Below are positions 15,884-25,000 of a stretch of 29,566 nt of DNA, piece by piece (position 1 is the first letter of the stretch; each line of letters starts with the position of its first letter). The notes under the pieces were generated by a model. The model was not told the origin of the DNA, did not search any database, and saw nothing but the letters and a program-made list of their open reading frames with translations. The translations under genes were made by a program, and so were the position numbers. The stretch comes from a virus. Taxonomy: Duplodnaviria; Caudoviricetes. The stretch spans positions 1 to 29,566 of IMG/VR virus record IMGVR_UViG_3300032216_000223; one strand, written 5' to 3'.

Positions 15884-16077
15884 TACTTAGCACGTCCGCC
15901 TTCAGGTTGTACGTAGATACCTTCAACAACTTCTGAAGGACCCATGCCTGTTTGACCTGTGCGTGGAGCTGACATTGGTGCAACAGCCGGAGCCACTCCA
16001 CCAAAGAAGTCTGCCTTGTTTACTGATGAGACATCGGTAGCTGCGCTACGTGTCTTAGGTGACATCATGTCTGACAT
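15883..16077 (-). CDS. small hypothetical protein (probably disordered)
   Basis: MSDMMSPKTRS... Start placed at 16077 after a purine-rich GGAAAAGGAAAAG and the upstream TAA. Confidence 0.6.
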   Translation of the reverse strand: MSDMMSPKTRSAATDVSSVNKADFFGGVAPAVAPMSAPRTGQTGMGPSEVVEGIYVQPEGGRAK

Positions 16078-16078
16078 G

Positions 16079-16210
16079 TTATTCTTTTCCTTTTCCATAT
16101 GGGGGTGGTACATCGAAGCCTTTGATGATTGATGCATCTTGACCCGGTGCAACTCTTACTGGTGCTTTAATAGTGACGAACGTATCGCCACATCCACATT
16201 CTGTGCACAT
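16079..16210 (-). CDS. 43-aa micro-protein with N-terminal CxxCGC (not in ORF track)
   Basis: MCTECGCGDTFVTIKAPVRVAPGQDASIIKGFDVPPPYGKGKE*. Fills the gap between its neighbours exactly. Confidence 0.65.
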   Translation of the reverse strand: MCTECGCGDTFVTIKAPVRVAPGQDASIIKGFDVPPPYGKGKE

Positions 16211-16212
16211 AA

Positions 16213-16389
16213 TTACTTGCCTTTCTTCATAACTTTTTTAGCCAATGCCTTATCCATTTTCATGTCAGCTTTAGCAGATGGCTTCTTAGCATCCATCTTC
16301 TTATCAGCTTTCATAAAGGCAGCCTTTTGCTTAGGCTTCATGCCCTTCATGAGTTTGGCATCTTGTGCTTTATCGTTGTGCATTGCCAT
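16213..16389 (-). CDS. 58-aa Lys/Met/Ala/Asp-rich basic protein (not in ORF track)
   Basis: MAMHNDKAQDAKLMKGMKPKQKAAFMKADKKMDAKKPSAKADMKMDKALAKKVMKKGK*. TAATG coupling and an AGGAG RBS. Confidence 0.75.
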   Translation of the reverse strand: MAMHNDKAQDAKLMKGMKPKQKAAFMKADKKMDAKKPSAKADMKMDKALAKKVMKKGK

Positions 16390-16850
16390 TAGACTGCTCC
16401 TACTTCCTTTAAGACCTCAACGGTCTTTTCGTTTACATGACTGGCTTTCGGCATCTTGCTACCGTTATAAGGTTTGTTAAGAACCTCTGAGGCTTCAAGT
16501 GCTTTCTGTACGGCTGCCCTTGATGTACCTTCAGGCTGTACGCCTTGGGCACGGGCATCCTTATAGAAAGCCAATTCTTTATCCCACTTTTTCTGAGTGG
16601 TGCCAGATGCAACTACTGAATGCTTAGCATCCCCAGCGTTCATCTGTAGTCCTTTGGCTTTACAACCAAAGCAATCAGGTCCACAGGTTGTGTGGTCCAC
16701 AAATATATCTTCGTACTTAAAAGGTTCTGGTGATGTGACATCACACTGTGTACATCCGTACAGGGATGGCTTGTATGCCATCTTGTTATCAAGACCCCAC
16801 TCAAGGATCTTGCTTATATGCTCATGGTGTGTAAGTGATGTAGCTTCCAT
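16389..16850 (-). CDS. hypothetical protein with CxxC motifs
   Basis: GCTQCD and CGPDCFGCK. Start uncertain (ATG at 16850 chosen). Confidence 0.6.
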   Translation of the reverse strand: MEATSLTHHEHISKILEWGLDNKMAYKPSLYGCTQCDVTSPEPFKYEDIFVDHTTCGPDCFGCKAKGLQMNAGDAKHSVVASGTTQKKWDKELAFYKDARAQGVQPEGTSRAAVQKALEASEVLNKPYNGSKMPKASHVNEKTVEVLKEVGAV

Positions 16851-17088
16851 ATCCTGCTGCAATTAGTTCCGCCCTTTGCACGTCGTTAAGTATGTGGTTA
16901 TATCCGCCTCTAAAGAGGAAGCCCGGATCTGCTAGCGCAGTCTGGTCTTCTGTTGGGTAACGAATCTCTTGCCATACCCCCTGTACCCGCATGACAGTTA
17001 TGCCACGGGTTAAACGGAAACGAATGAACAAGCGACCGCCACCAGCAGGACCTTCTGAGGTAGTCGGCGTTGTAAAGATATATGGCAT
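16822..17088 (-). CDS. hypothetical virion protein downstream of the major capsid gene
   Basis: ATG at 17088 with a TAAGGAG RBS. Confidence 0.65.
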   Translation of the reverse strand: MPYIFTTPTTSEGPAGGGRLFIRFRLTRGITVMRVQGVWQEIRYPTEDQTALADPGFLFRGGYNHILNDVQRAELIAAGYGSYITYTP

Positions 17089-17097
17089 GAGTCTCCT

Positions 17098-17150
17098 TAG
17101 TGGACTTACCATAAGGCTGGGAAAGACCCAGCCCTACAGTCAGTCAACTA
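17098..17150 (-). promoter_or_regulatory. long hairpin directly after the capsid stop codon
   Basis: About 24-bp stem (3 G-U pairs, 2 mismatches) with loop UCUUU and no U-tract. Confidence 0.65.
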
Positions 17151-18317
17151 TTAGTAGTCGATTGAAGAAGTTGACTCTACACGGTACAGTGCTTCGTCAC
17201 GGTAGATTGAGAAGCCAAGTACGCCGTACCAGCCGAGTGGGCGGTGACGCATTAACTTATCAACAACCGGTCCGATAACCACATGTGGCTCTTCGGCAAC
17301 TGCTTCAGCAAGAGCTTGTTGTCCTGCGAAGTAAGTGTTGAAGACGTTTGTCTCGTGTGTGAAGGTGATTGATGCACCTGATGTAACAGCACCACTGTGT
17401 GCTGTGTCAAGTGTAACAACTAAACCGCTGATAGATGCAACGTTTGCACCTGTAGCAACACCAGTTCCAGCAACAACGTCAGAAACCAAGATTCCTGAAG
17501 TAGATGTAACAGTAAGTGTGTATGCACCTGAAGCAGCAGAAGCTGTTGTTGTTGTTGTTGATGTTGACTTAGCAGCACCTTTGTAATCGTTGTACATACG
17601 TGGTGATTCTACATAGTAGGCACCTTCGTAAGTTCCAATTTCTCCAGCCCAAATCTCATCATTTGCTTGGTACTCGTGTGGCTGGCGCCATGATCCTACG
17701 CCTGTTTCAGCGCGGAGATCGTGGGCAACCTCTGGGTGAATACCTGCCCAGTACAAGTTACCCTTACGTGGGATAGCCTTGTTGGTGCGTAGCTTAGCAA
17801 CTGCCTTACGGGCTGCTGCTGAGTTGAAAGTATCTGAAGAAGTAATTGTTCCAGTTGATGTACGTCCTCCTGTGTAGAGTACGTTAGCACCTGTCTTAAG
17901 CACGTTCTGTGCAACTGTATCAATAGAATCTGCAAGGTTGAACGCGATGATGTTAGCAACTGCTGGATCTACATCAGCAAGGCTGAAGAGTTCCAAAGCA
18001 CGTGTAACAAGCACTGCGTTACCATACTCAGCAAGAGTAATGGTTGTGTATGTTGGGGTAGCCAGTGCTACTGCATCTGGATCGACTGCTTCAGTCAGAC
18101 TGTTTGTCTGTTGAGTTAGGTCGACGTAGCGTTGCAATACAACTGAGGAACCCGGGATGCTCTGACGAGCAGGGGTCTTATCTGCAACATTGCGGATAAG
18201 AGGCTGAGCACGGAGTGCGAACTCGATAAGACGATCATACGCCTTTTGTACGAGACCTGCACCACCTACTGTACCTCCGAGTGTTGACGACCCGGTGGTT
18301 GTGTATGCGTTAGCCAT
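17151..18317 (-). CDS. major capsid protein (HK97 fold, N4-gp56-like)
   Basis: AYDRL, TLAEYGN, DSID, IHPEVAHDLR, GEIG and DKLMR..PLGWYG motifs. Strong AAGGAGG RBS, downstream of scaffold. Confidence 0.9.
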   Translation of the reverse strand: MANAYTTTGSSTLGGTVGGAGLVQKAYDRLIEFALRAQPLIRNVADKTPARQSIPGSSVVLQRYVDLTQQTNSLTEAVDPDAVALATPTYTTITLAEYGNAVLVTRALELFSLADVDPAVANIIAFNLADSIDTVAQNVLKTGANVLYTGGRTSTGTITSSDTFNSAAARKAVAKLRTNKAIPRKGNLYWAGIHPEVAHDLRAETGVGSWRQPHEYQANDEIWAGEIGTYEGAYYVESPRMYNDYKGAAKSTSTTTTTASAASGAYTLTVTSTSGILVSDVVAGTGVATGANVASISGLVVTLDTAHSGAVTSGASITFTHETNVFNTYFAGQQALAEAVAEEPHVVIGPVVDKLMRHRPLGWYGVLGFSIYRDEALYRVESTSSIDY

Positions 18318-18353
18318 TATTGCACCTCCTTATGAGGATGTTAGTTCGGTTGA

Positions 18354-18839
18354 TTAAAAGTTTCCGGACTGGATCATTGCAATAATTTCTTCAGCCGAAG
18401 CTGCGTCATTAATGCGTTGGGTCGCGTCCATTTGTCTATCGGGTGTCATACCGTTCTGTGTGACTATGTCCTGTTGGCGTAATGCCGCTAGGTCTAGTTC
18501 ACGCTGAGGGTCTGCTTCTTGAGCCTGCTTGGTAAACCCGAAGAGATCTCCGTTATCATCAAGCCAGTGATTAACTGACTCTTCGCTAACATCATCAAGA
18601 TCTTTTAAGATTAACCTTGCTGCTTTAGGATTTACACCCTTTTGATCAAGGACTTCTTTAACGACTCGCTCACGCTGCACCTTGGATAATCCCTCAAGTT
18701 GCTCAGTGAGTTCTTTGATTCGTTTTTCATCTGCACGTTTAGCTTTGCGTAACTTCTTTACTAAGTCGTCACCCATCACTGGTGTATTCTGATCTTCGAA
18801 ATCGAAGTCATCGTCTTCGTCCCAATCGTTTGTTGCCAT
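18354..18839 (-). CDS. capsid scaffolding protein
   Basis: Acidic N-terminus (WDEDDDFDFED) and coiled coil (KKLRKAKRADEKRIKELTEQL). Immediately upstream of the capsid gene. ATG at 18839 with GGGAG upstream. Confidence 0.75.
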   Translation of the reverse strand: MATNDWDEDDDFDFEDQNTPVMGDDLVKKLRKAKRADEKRIKELTEQLEGLSKVQRERVVKEVLDQKGVNPKAARLILKDLDDVSEESVNHWLDDNGDLFGFTKQAQEADPQRELDLAALRQQDIVTQNGMTPDRQMDATQRINDAASAEEIIAMIQSGNF

Positions 18840-18871
18840 AGCAACCGTTCTCCCATTCTGTTTGTTGTATC

Positions 18872-18958
18872 GCAAGCCACAACTCAGCCCGGGGAAGGAT
18901 GAATTGGATCTCACTACCAGTATCTTTTACACCATGTGGGGCTGGTCGGTCCACAGGG
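18872..18958 (-). ncRNA. candidate structured leader RNA (pseudoknot plus hairpin) upstream of scaffold
   Basis: Minus strand pairings UGUGG/CCACA, loop ACCAG with downstream CUGGU, and CAAUUCA/UGAGUUG. Confidence 0.45.
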
Positions 18959-18965
18959 AATCTAT

Positions 18966-20201
18966 TTAGAAGGTGCCTTGAATATTTCTACCCAATGAGC
19001 CAGTGTAAAGACCGGCTTGACTTACATTGGCAGGGGCTATACCAGACCTACCAGCAAATTGCTGTGTCTCTAGTTCCTTCAGTTGTTGCTTCTTACGGGC
19101 AGCTGATGCTGCACCAGTAGTAGAAAATTGTTCTGCTTCTGCTGCTGCTTGATCGTAAGGACCTTGGATCTGTCCATTGTAAATGCTGCTTAACTTAGAA
19201 GCTATAGGAAGTTCTTGACCAATCTTGGCATAGCCAAGTTGTGCTTGATTGTAAGTAACACCTTGTAGAGCAAGAGCCTCAGCAGAGGCTACGTTAGTTG
19301 GGAGTCCTTCACCAACTGCTGCGCTACCAATCTGTGCTGCTGCTGCCTTAGTCTGTAACTTAGGTAGAGTCTCATCAGGGGCAAGAACATAAGCAACTAA
19401 ATCTTTATTAGTAAGGGTTCCGTAGAAATTATTAAAGGTCTTAAGTACTTCTGGGTCAGCATTAGCTATGGTGTCTTCGGCTAGCTTAATGCGGTCATTG
19501 AATTCTACCGCTGACATATCTCCACCAATGTAATTAGCAAACATCTTTTCATTAGCCACGCGGTCAGTGCTAAGCATGTTGCCTAGCCCATAAGATTTCA
19601 ATGTGTCAGCATAGGAGTTTTCTAAATTTATATATGCTGCTTCTGAAATGGCATTAAGCCCAGCGTTAACACGGGCAGTATTGCCTGCAAAGCGGGTGGT
19701 GTATGCATCATTCCATGACTTGCCTGTAACAGGATCAATGGTCTTGTCATACTTAAGTTTAGCCAAAGCCTCATCGCGCGTAAGGCCCATTTTAATCATG
19801 CGGGTTACTGTGTCACTAAGACTGCCTAGTCCATATTCATTAAGCAACATTGTAAGATTAGCAAAAGCATCTGCGTTAGATGTACTAGCCGTTGAAGTAT
19901 TGCCACCAGTAATAACAGGTGTGCCAGCTTTTACTCCGCCAAAACCATCGTTGTAATAAGTAACAGTAGTTGTTACGCCAGTCAATGGATCGGTTGTCAC
20001 AGTAGGGGAGACATCTAAAGCAACAGTTCCTACGCCTGTAGTGCCACCAATTACAGCTTGCCTTGTTCCGGCAACGGAAGATAAATCGGTAGTTGACAAA
20101 CCTAATGCAGCAGCAGAAGCAGCGTAAGGATTTACTTGTTTAGATACAACGGCAGTATTAGTTGATGCTGCTTGATCTACTTGACGGTCCGTTCTTGCCA
20201 T
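18966..20201 (-). CDS. probable internal virion (ejection) protein
   Basis: 411 aa, Ala/Gln/Thr-rich and helical. Third of three large genes between portal and scaffold. Confidence 0.5.
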   Translation of the reverse strand: MARTDRQVDQAASTNTAVVSKQVNPYAASAAALGLSTTDLSSVAGTRQAVIGGTTGVGTVALDVSPTVTTDPLTGVTTTVTYYNDGFGGVKAGTPVITGGNTSTASTSNADAFANLTMLLNEYGLGSLSDTVTRMIKMGLTRDEALAKLKYDKTIDPVTGKSWNDAYTTRFAGNTARVNAGLNAISEAAYINLENSYADTLKSYGLGNMLSTDRVANEKMFANYIGGDMSAVEFNDRIKLAEDTIANADPEVLKTFNNFYGTLTNKDLVAYVLAPDETLPKLQTKAAAAQIGSAAVGEGLPTNVASAEALALQGVTYNQAQLGYAKIGQELPIASKLSSIYNGQIQGPYDQAAAEAEQFSTTGAASAARKKQQLKELETQQFAGRSGIAPANVSQAGLYTGSLGRNIQGTF

Positions 20202-22006
20202 TAGTTACCACCAAATCCAAATGCTTGAAGGAACGTGTTAGTAAAATCAGTAACTGTTTGATGTGCTTCAGGAGTTTTAGCATAATCAGGTAGTCCTTGA
20301 GCAGCCCTATCAAACGTGCCTTTGTCCCAGCCTTGGCTAACTGAATTCATGATGAATGAGTTCTTTGTTGAATCAGGAACTTTAACACCCATCTTTTGTT
20401 CATACCAATTAGCATGAGTATCTGCTATATCTTTAACTGTTCCATTTGCTTTTATGTGATCGGCAAGTGTAGGGTGAATTTTTATTGCTAGTTGCTTTAG
20501 TCTTTCCGTAACAGCCTTGACCGCATCTTGAGGATTCTGTTGCTTCCAAGCTTCACCTAGATACTGCAAAGCCTGTGTTGTGGTAGTAGGCAAAGCGTAG
20601 TCGGTAGCTACTTTCATAACTTCATCAACATAACCAGCTATCTTGCCGGGTGATTTGCTATTAAGAATCTGTTCTGCATTAACATTTTTGAATACAGTCT
20701 GAGCAACCTGTGCTTTTATAACTTCATAATCAGAAGTAGATAAACTAGAACCTGTGTTTACTTGGTCTCTTAAACCTTGACCATCAGGGGTTATCCTGCT
20801 TAGTGTTTTGGCTTGCCGTTCAGCAGCATTAACTTTATTGTAGTAATCATTTCTTTGTTGAACTGTAGCAGGAGAGCCAAAGTTCTCCATCATGTAAGAG
20901 TTTATATCCCGATCTGTGCCGGGACGATCAGTAAAGTTTTGTGTAAGTTTAGTTGTGGTTTTACCAGCACCCGTTGTTGGGGTGTACTTGCCTAGGTTAC
21001 CAAGGAAGTCGTTAAGGGTAGGGAAGTTTGTCTTACCGTTTGTATCAATAAATCCTTGTAAAGAATCTATGCTGTACTTTTGAAGAGCACCCGTAATGTT
21101 GCTATAGATATCTCCTGAAGAATAACCAGCAGCAGCAAGTTTCTTTCTAGCTGCATCAGCTCCGCCTAAAGTTTTAATGATTGCTTGGACTTCACCCTCA
21201 AGGGTGATGGCACCATTATTACCAATTATGCTTAACTTGTCTCCTGATTTAGCAGGTGGCAAAAATAATACTTCACCAGCTTTACCCTTAGCCATAACAA
21301 CGGGGTTACCATTATTAAGTCCAATACTATAATCAGTCAATAAAGCACTTGATCCACCAGTACCAGTTGTGCCAGTACCTGTGGCTACGGAAGTCTTATT
21401 ACCAGCCATAGCATTGGCTTGATCAATAGCAGCTTGTGTAGCAGCAATATCGCTACTGGTATACTTACCTGTCTGTGCTTGCTGACGGGCTAGCTTGTCC
21501 TGCAAAGCAGGCAAGGCTTTCTTGGCATCATTAGCTACTTTAGCGTCAGATACTTTTTGATCTATGTCTACAGTGATAGCACCTAGGCGAGTAGAGTTAG
21601 CGCCTATTGCGTCATACAAGCCTTTAGCAGCAGAAAAAGCAGGGCTATTTGTAGGAACTCTATCTAGAATTGAAGACGCCAAAGTACTGGAGTTACTAAT
21701 TAAACCCTTGATAACGCTTTCATTAATAACAGGTGCCCCTATAGCAACGCCTTGTCCTTCTGGAAATCCAGCAGCTATGCCTTTATTAAACACTTCAATA
21801 AGGTTTGCTTGGGCAGGCATAAGCTTGCTAACTAAGTCAGTAAACCTCTTCTGGTCACTAACGTTACCACCCTGTGCTGCACCTTGTGCACCAAAGATCT
21901 GGTCATTGATAGCAGTATAAGTATTATAAGCCCGACTGTACTGTGCATCCCAGTAGTCTTGAGGTGTTTGGAATCCAGACCAATATGGTTTAGATTTAGT
22001 AGCCAT
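20201..22006 (-). CDS. probable internal virion (ejection) protein
   Basis: 601 aa, Ala/Gln/Gly-rich, no Cys. TAATG coupled. Confidence 0.5.
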   Translation of the reverse strand: MATKSKPYWSGFQTPQDYWDAQYSRAYNTYTAINDQIFGAQGAAQGGNVSDQKRFTDLVSKLMPAQANLIEVFNKGIAAGFPEGQGVAIGAPVINESVIKGLISNSSTLASSILDRVPTNSPAFSAAKGLYDAIGANSTRLGAITVDIDQKVSDAKVANDAKKALPALQDKLARQQAQTGKYTSSDIAATQAAIDQANAMAGNKTSVATGTGTTGTGGSSALLTDYSIGLNNGNPVVMAKGKAGEVLFLPPAKSGDKLSIIGNNGAITLEGEVQAIIKTLGGADAARKKLAAAGYSSGDIYSNITGALQKYSIDSLQGFIDTNGKTNFPTLNDFLGNLGKYTPTTGAGKTTTKLTQNFTDRPGTDRDINSYMMENFGSPATVQQRNDYYNKVNAAERQAKTLSRITPDGQGLRDQVNTGSSLSTSDYEVIKAQVAQTVFKNVNAEQILNSKSPGKIAGYVDEVMKVATDYALPTTTTQALQYLGEAWKQQNPQDAVKAVTERLKQLAIKIHPTLADHIKANGTVKDIADTHANWYEQKMGVKVPDSTKNSFIMNSVSQGWDKGTFDRAAQGLPDYAKTPEAHQTVTDFTNTFLQAFGFGGN

Positions 22007-25000
22007 TAGAATGCCTGCTTAACTGCGACGTAAGTATCGCGGGATAAGGACTTAAGGATTGACTTGAAGATTGCACGGTCAGCCTCAGCAACTGCTAAGT
22101 CACCGTTCATTAGATCTGTCAAGTTAGCCTCAATCTGTTGTCTGCGTTCTGCTTTAAGTTCTGCGGAATTGCTTAGGGATTTAAGTGCAGGATCCTGAGC
22201 AAATGCCATGAAGTCTTTAATCATCTTGATTGCTAGTGCCATACGTGTACGGGTAGCAGGTGGGATGTTTGCTGATGGGTCATTGACTAGCTGGTCTAAG
22301 TTAGATAGCAGCTTTGTTTCTGTTCCAATGTTACTGCCTGCTCCAATAATGGCAGACTTTAGTAATGGGTTAGATTGCATCAAGCCATCACGCGCTGCTG
22401 TTGCTTCAGCAATGATCTGTTGACGTTGTGCTATTGAACTAGTTGCAAGTATTGCAGCCTTTTCATTAGTAGCAATATCATAATAAGCCTGCTTATCTTG
22501 TGCTACAAGTAGGTCATTATAGTAAGTCTCAAGACTCTTATTGGTAACAAGACCAGCAGCCTGTAGGTAGTTGAATGAAGAAGCATTGTACTGCCCTACC
22601 TGTGGAGCAAAGATATAAGCAACTTCACCGTATGTGCTAATCAAACCATTGTTCTCAACAGCCCAGTTGTTTAATGCTTGGGTGTTCTTGACAATCACAC
22701 GGGTAGCCTTAGAATCACGGGATACCGTGTAGACCAACTTACCGGGATTCTTACCAATAAATGCAACCAAAGCCATCTCATATGGGTCCTGTACGTCACC
22801 ATTAGTCTTGGCTGTAATAGCATTTAGTAGGTCAAAGAACTCTGTGCGTAGCCCTGTTACACCCACACGTTGTAGGTAATCGGGTACACCCTGACTCTCT
22901 ACCAAGGTAGGAGTAGCAGGTGAGATAAAGCCTAGAAGGTTACGCATGAAGATAATGTTGTGTGCTGACACACGTACGTTCTTAAGGTATTCAGCTTTCT
23001 CTTTATCAGTAGAGTTAGCAGTTAATGGGCTAACTCCATTAGCAGCATTGTAGGCAAGAGCCTGCATTCCCGCTGTCACTTCCTGACGGCTCTTCTCATT
23101 CATAGGTAACATGTCCCATGCACGCTGTAATGAGGTAGGCATCAGTGCTTTTTGCAGGTTAGTATTGGTACCAAAGTTACCTAAACCAATTGCGCTAGCT
23201 GCATTACCAGCCTTAATAAGATCAGGGTTATGGCTATAGCCAAGCAAATTCTTCATGGCTATTACGCTAAGTCCAGCTATAGGACCAGACAGCATAGGCA
23301 ATCCAGCATCCTGTTGGAACGATGGGTTTACCATGTTTAACTTCATTGTTAGATTGTTAAACATTGGCTGGTGATAGCCTACATCTTTACCTGTTAATGC
23401 ACGAAGGGTAGTATCTGTAGCCTTGAACAAGATGTTATCCATAGGAATGTTTACATACTCGTTGTTTTGTGCATCTGTAAAGATGGATCCGCTAGCAGAA
23501 AGACCTAGATGCGCTAGGCGCATGCGGTATAGAACACGCAAAGGTACTTCTTTTAAGCGGTAGATACGGCGCTGAAAGTCCTCTGTAGCACGGTAGTAAC
23601 GACCTACAGTACGTACTCCATAGGAGAAGTTAGAACGTACAGCAGGGTTATCTGCATACTTAAGAATAGTGTTAGCAGCTTCCTGCATACCGATCTCAGT
23701 AAAGCGCTTCTCTGCTATAGCACGCACTTGTTCGTTTAGAATTTCTGCTGCCTTAGGTGAAGCATATCTTTCAGGATCAGCTTTAACCATAGCCTTGTAT
23801 GTATCTGCAGCAAATTGACGCTCAATAGGAGCATAACTCTTACGAAGTTCTGTGTATGTAACCATCAAAGCAGGCTGACGATAGATAGAATTTATCTGCC
23901 TATCCATCCAACTCATCCACGTATTACCGTACTTACGGAACAAAGACTCTGGATCTTTCAAACCCGGGAACTCAATGCCCGTATTGATCATACCTTGTGG
24001 ACGATGCTTGGTAGTCCAGTTCATAAAGTTATTAAAGTCCACACCACCAGCAGCATCATTCCATGATGGCTTAATTAAGTCCTTGGAATCACGTAGTTGC
24101 TTAGCATGAATGTTCTTTACTGCATTAAATAACTGCTCATTGTAGCCCTCATGGCTACCGTGGAAAGTGGTATACATGTCCGTAAGCATGCGTCCAATTT
24201 GATCTCTGGCAATAGTAGCGTCATCTATTCCTTGAGAAGCAAGCTCAAATGAACGGGCAGACATACCCTTAAGTTCATCAATAGCAGCTTGATCTTTAAC
24301 TATCCAGCCAGTTGATGTCTTCTCTAAGCCAACCGCCATAGACAGTTGATCCATAGCCTTCTCAGCATCCTCTGTAGTCTCAAGCGCCTTGTTAGAAAAG
24401 AACACATGAGCAGGGTTAAGGATACGTCGTTCAGTTAGCTTTACTTTATTACCAGCAAAGGCTCTTACCCACTTATCAAAGTGCGCTAAAGCAAGGTGAG
24501 ATTCAGATATGTTCTGCAAATCTTTAGTTGAAACACTATATGTAGCACCACCAGTTTTAAGTTCAAACTCTTCTAATGCTTTAGTTAAGTTAGTTACATC
24601 AACCATGGCTTTATGAAGCTCAGGTTCAATTTTTCCTGATAGACCAGAACGACCTACTAAAGATTCAGCAAGTGCATTCAACATATCTGGGTGGTGAACC
24701 AACCCTTGGAATAAATATCCACGTGATTCTGCGTTTAGACGCTTGCCGTAGATAGAGTCTACATATTGAAAGATAGCTTCGCGCTTTTGTAGATCGCGCA
24801 ATAATGTAGGGTCTTCAATGCCGTGTGCTTTAGCATAATCTTCAAGCAACTGTTGACGCTTTTCAAATGGTACAGCCTCATGTAGTGCATTTCTGCGGAA
24901 TACTTTTTGAATTCCGGCACGAAGTGGACCTGATGCTTCTGGGCTACCTGTAAAAGCAGTAGACATTCTGCCCATGCGGGTACCTTCACGCCTTGCATAA

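Noticed and set aside
15481-16480. Plus-strand Phe/Leu/Ala-rich ORFs that look like membrane proteins
   Set aside because: They are reverse-complement shadows of the Lys-rich minus-strand mini-genes, which have proper coupling and RBSs.
18840-18914. N-terminal extension of scaffold in the ORF track (start 18914)
   Set aside because: The ATG at 18839 has an RBS and the typical acidic start. The extension overlaps the candidate RNA structure.
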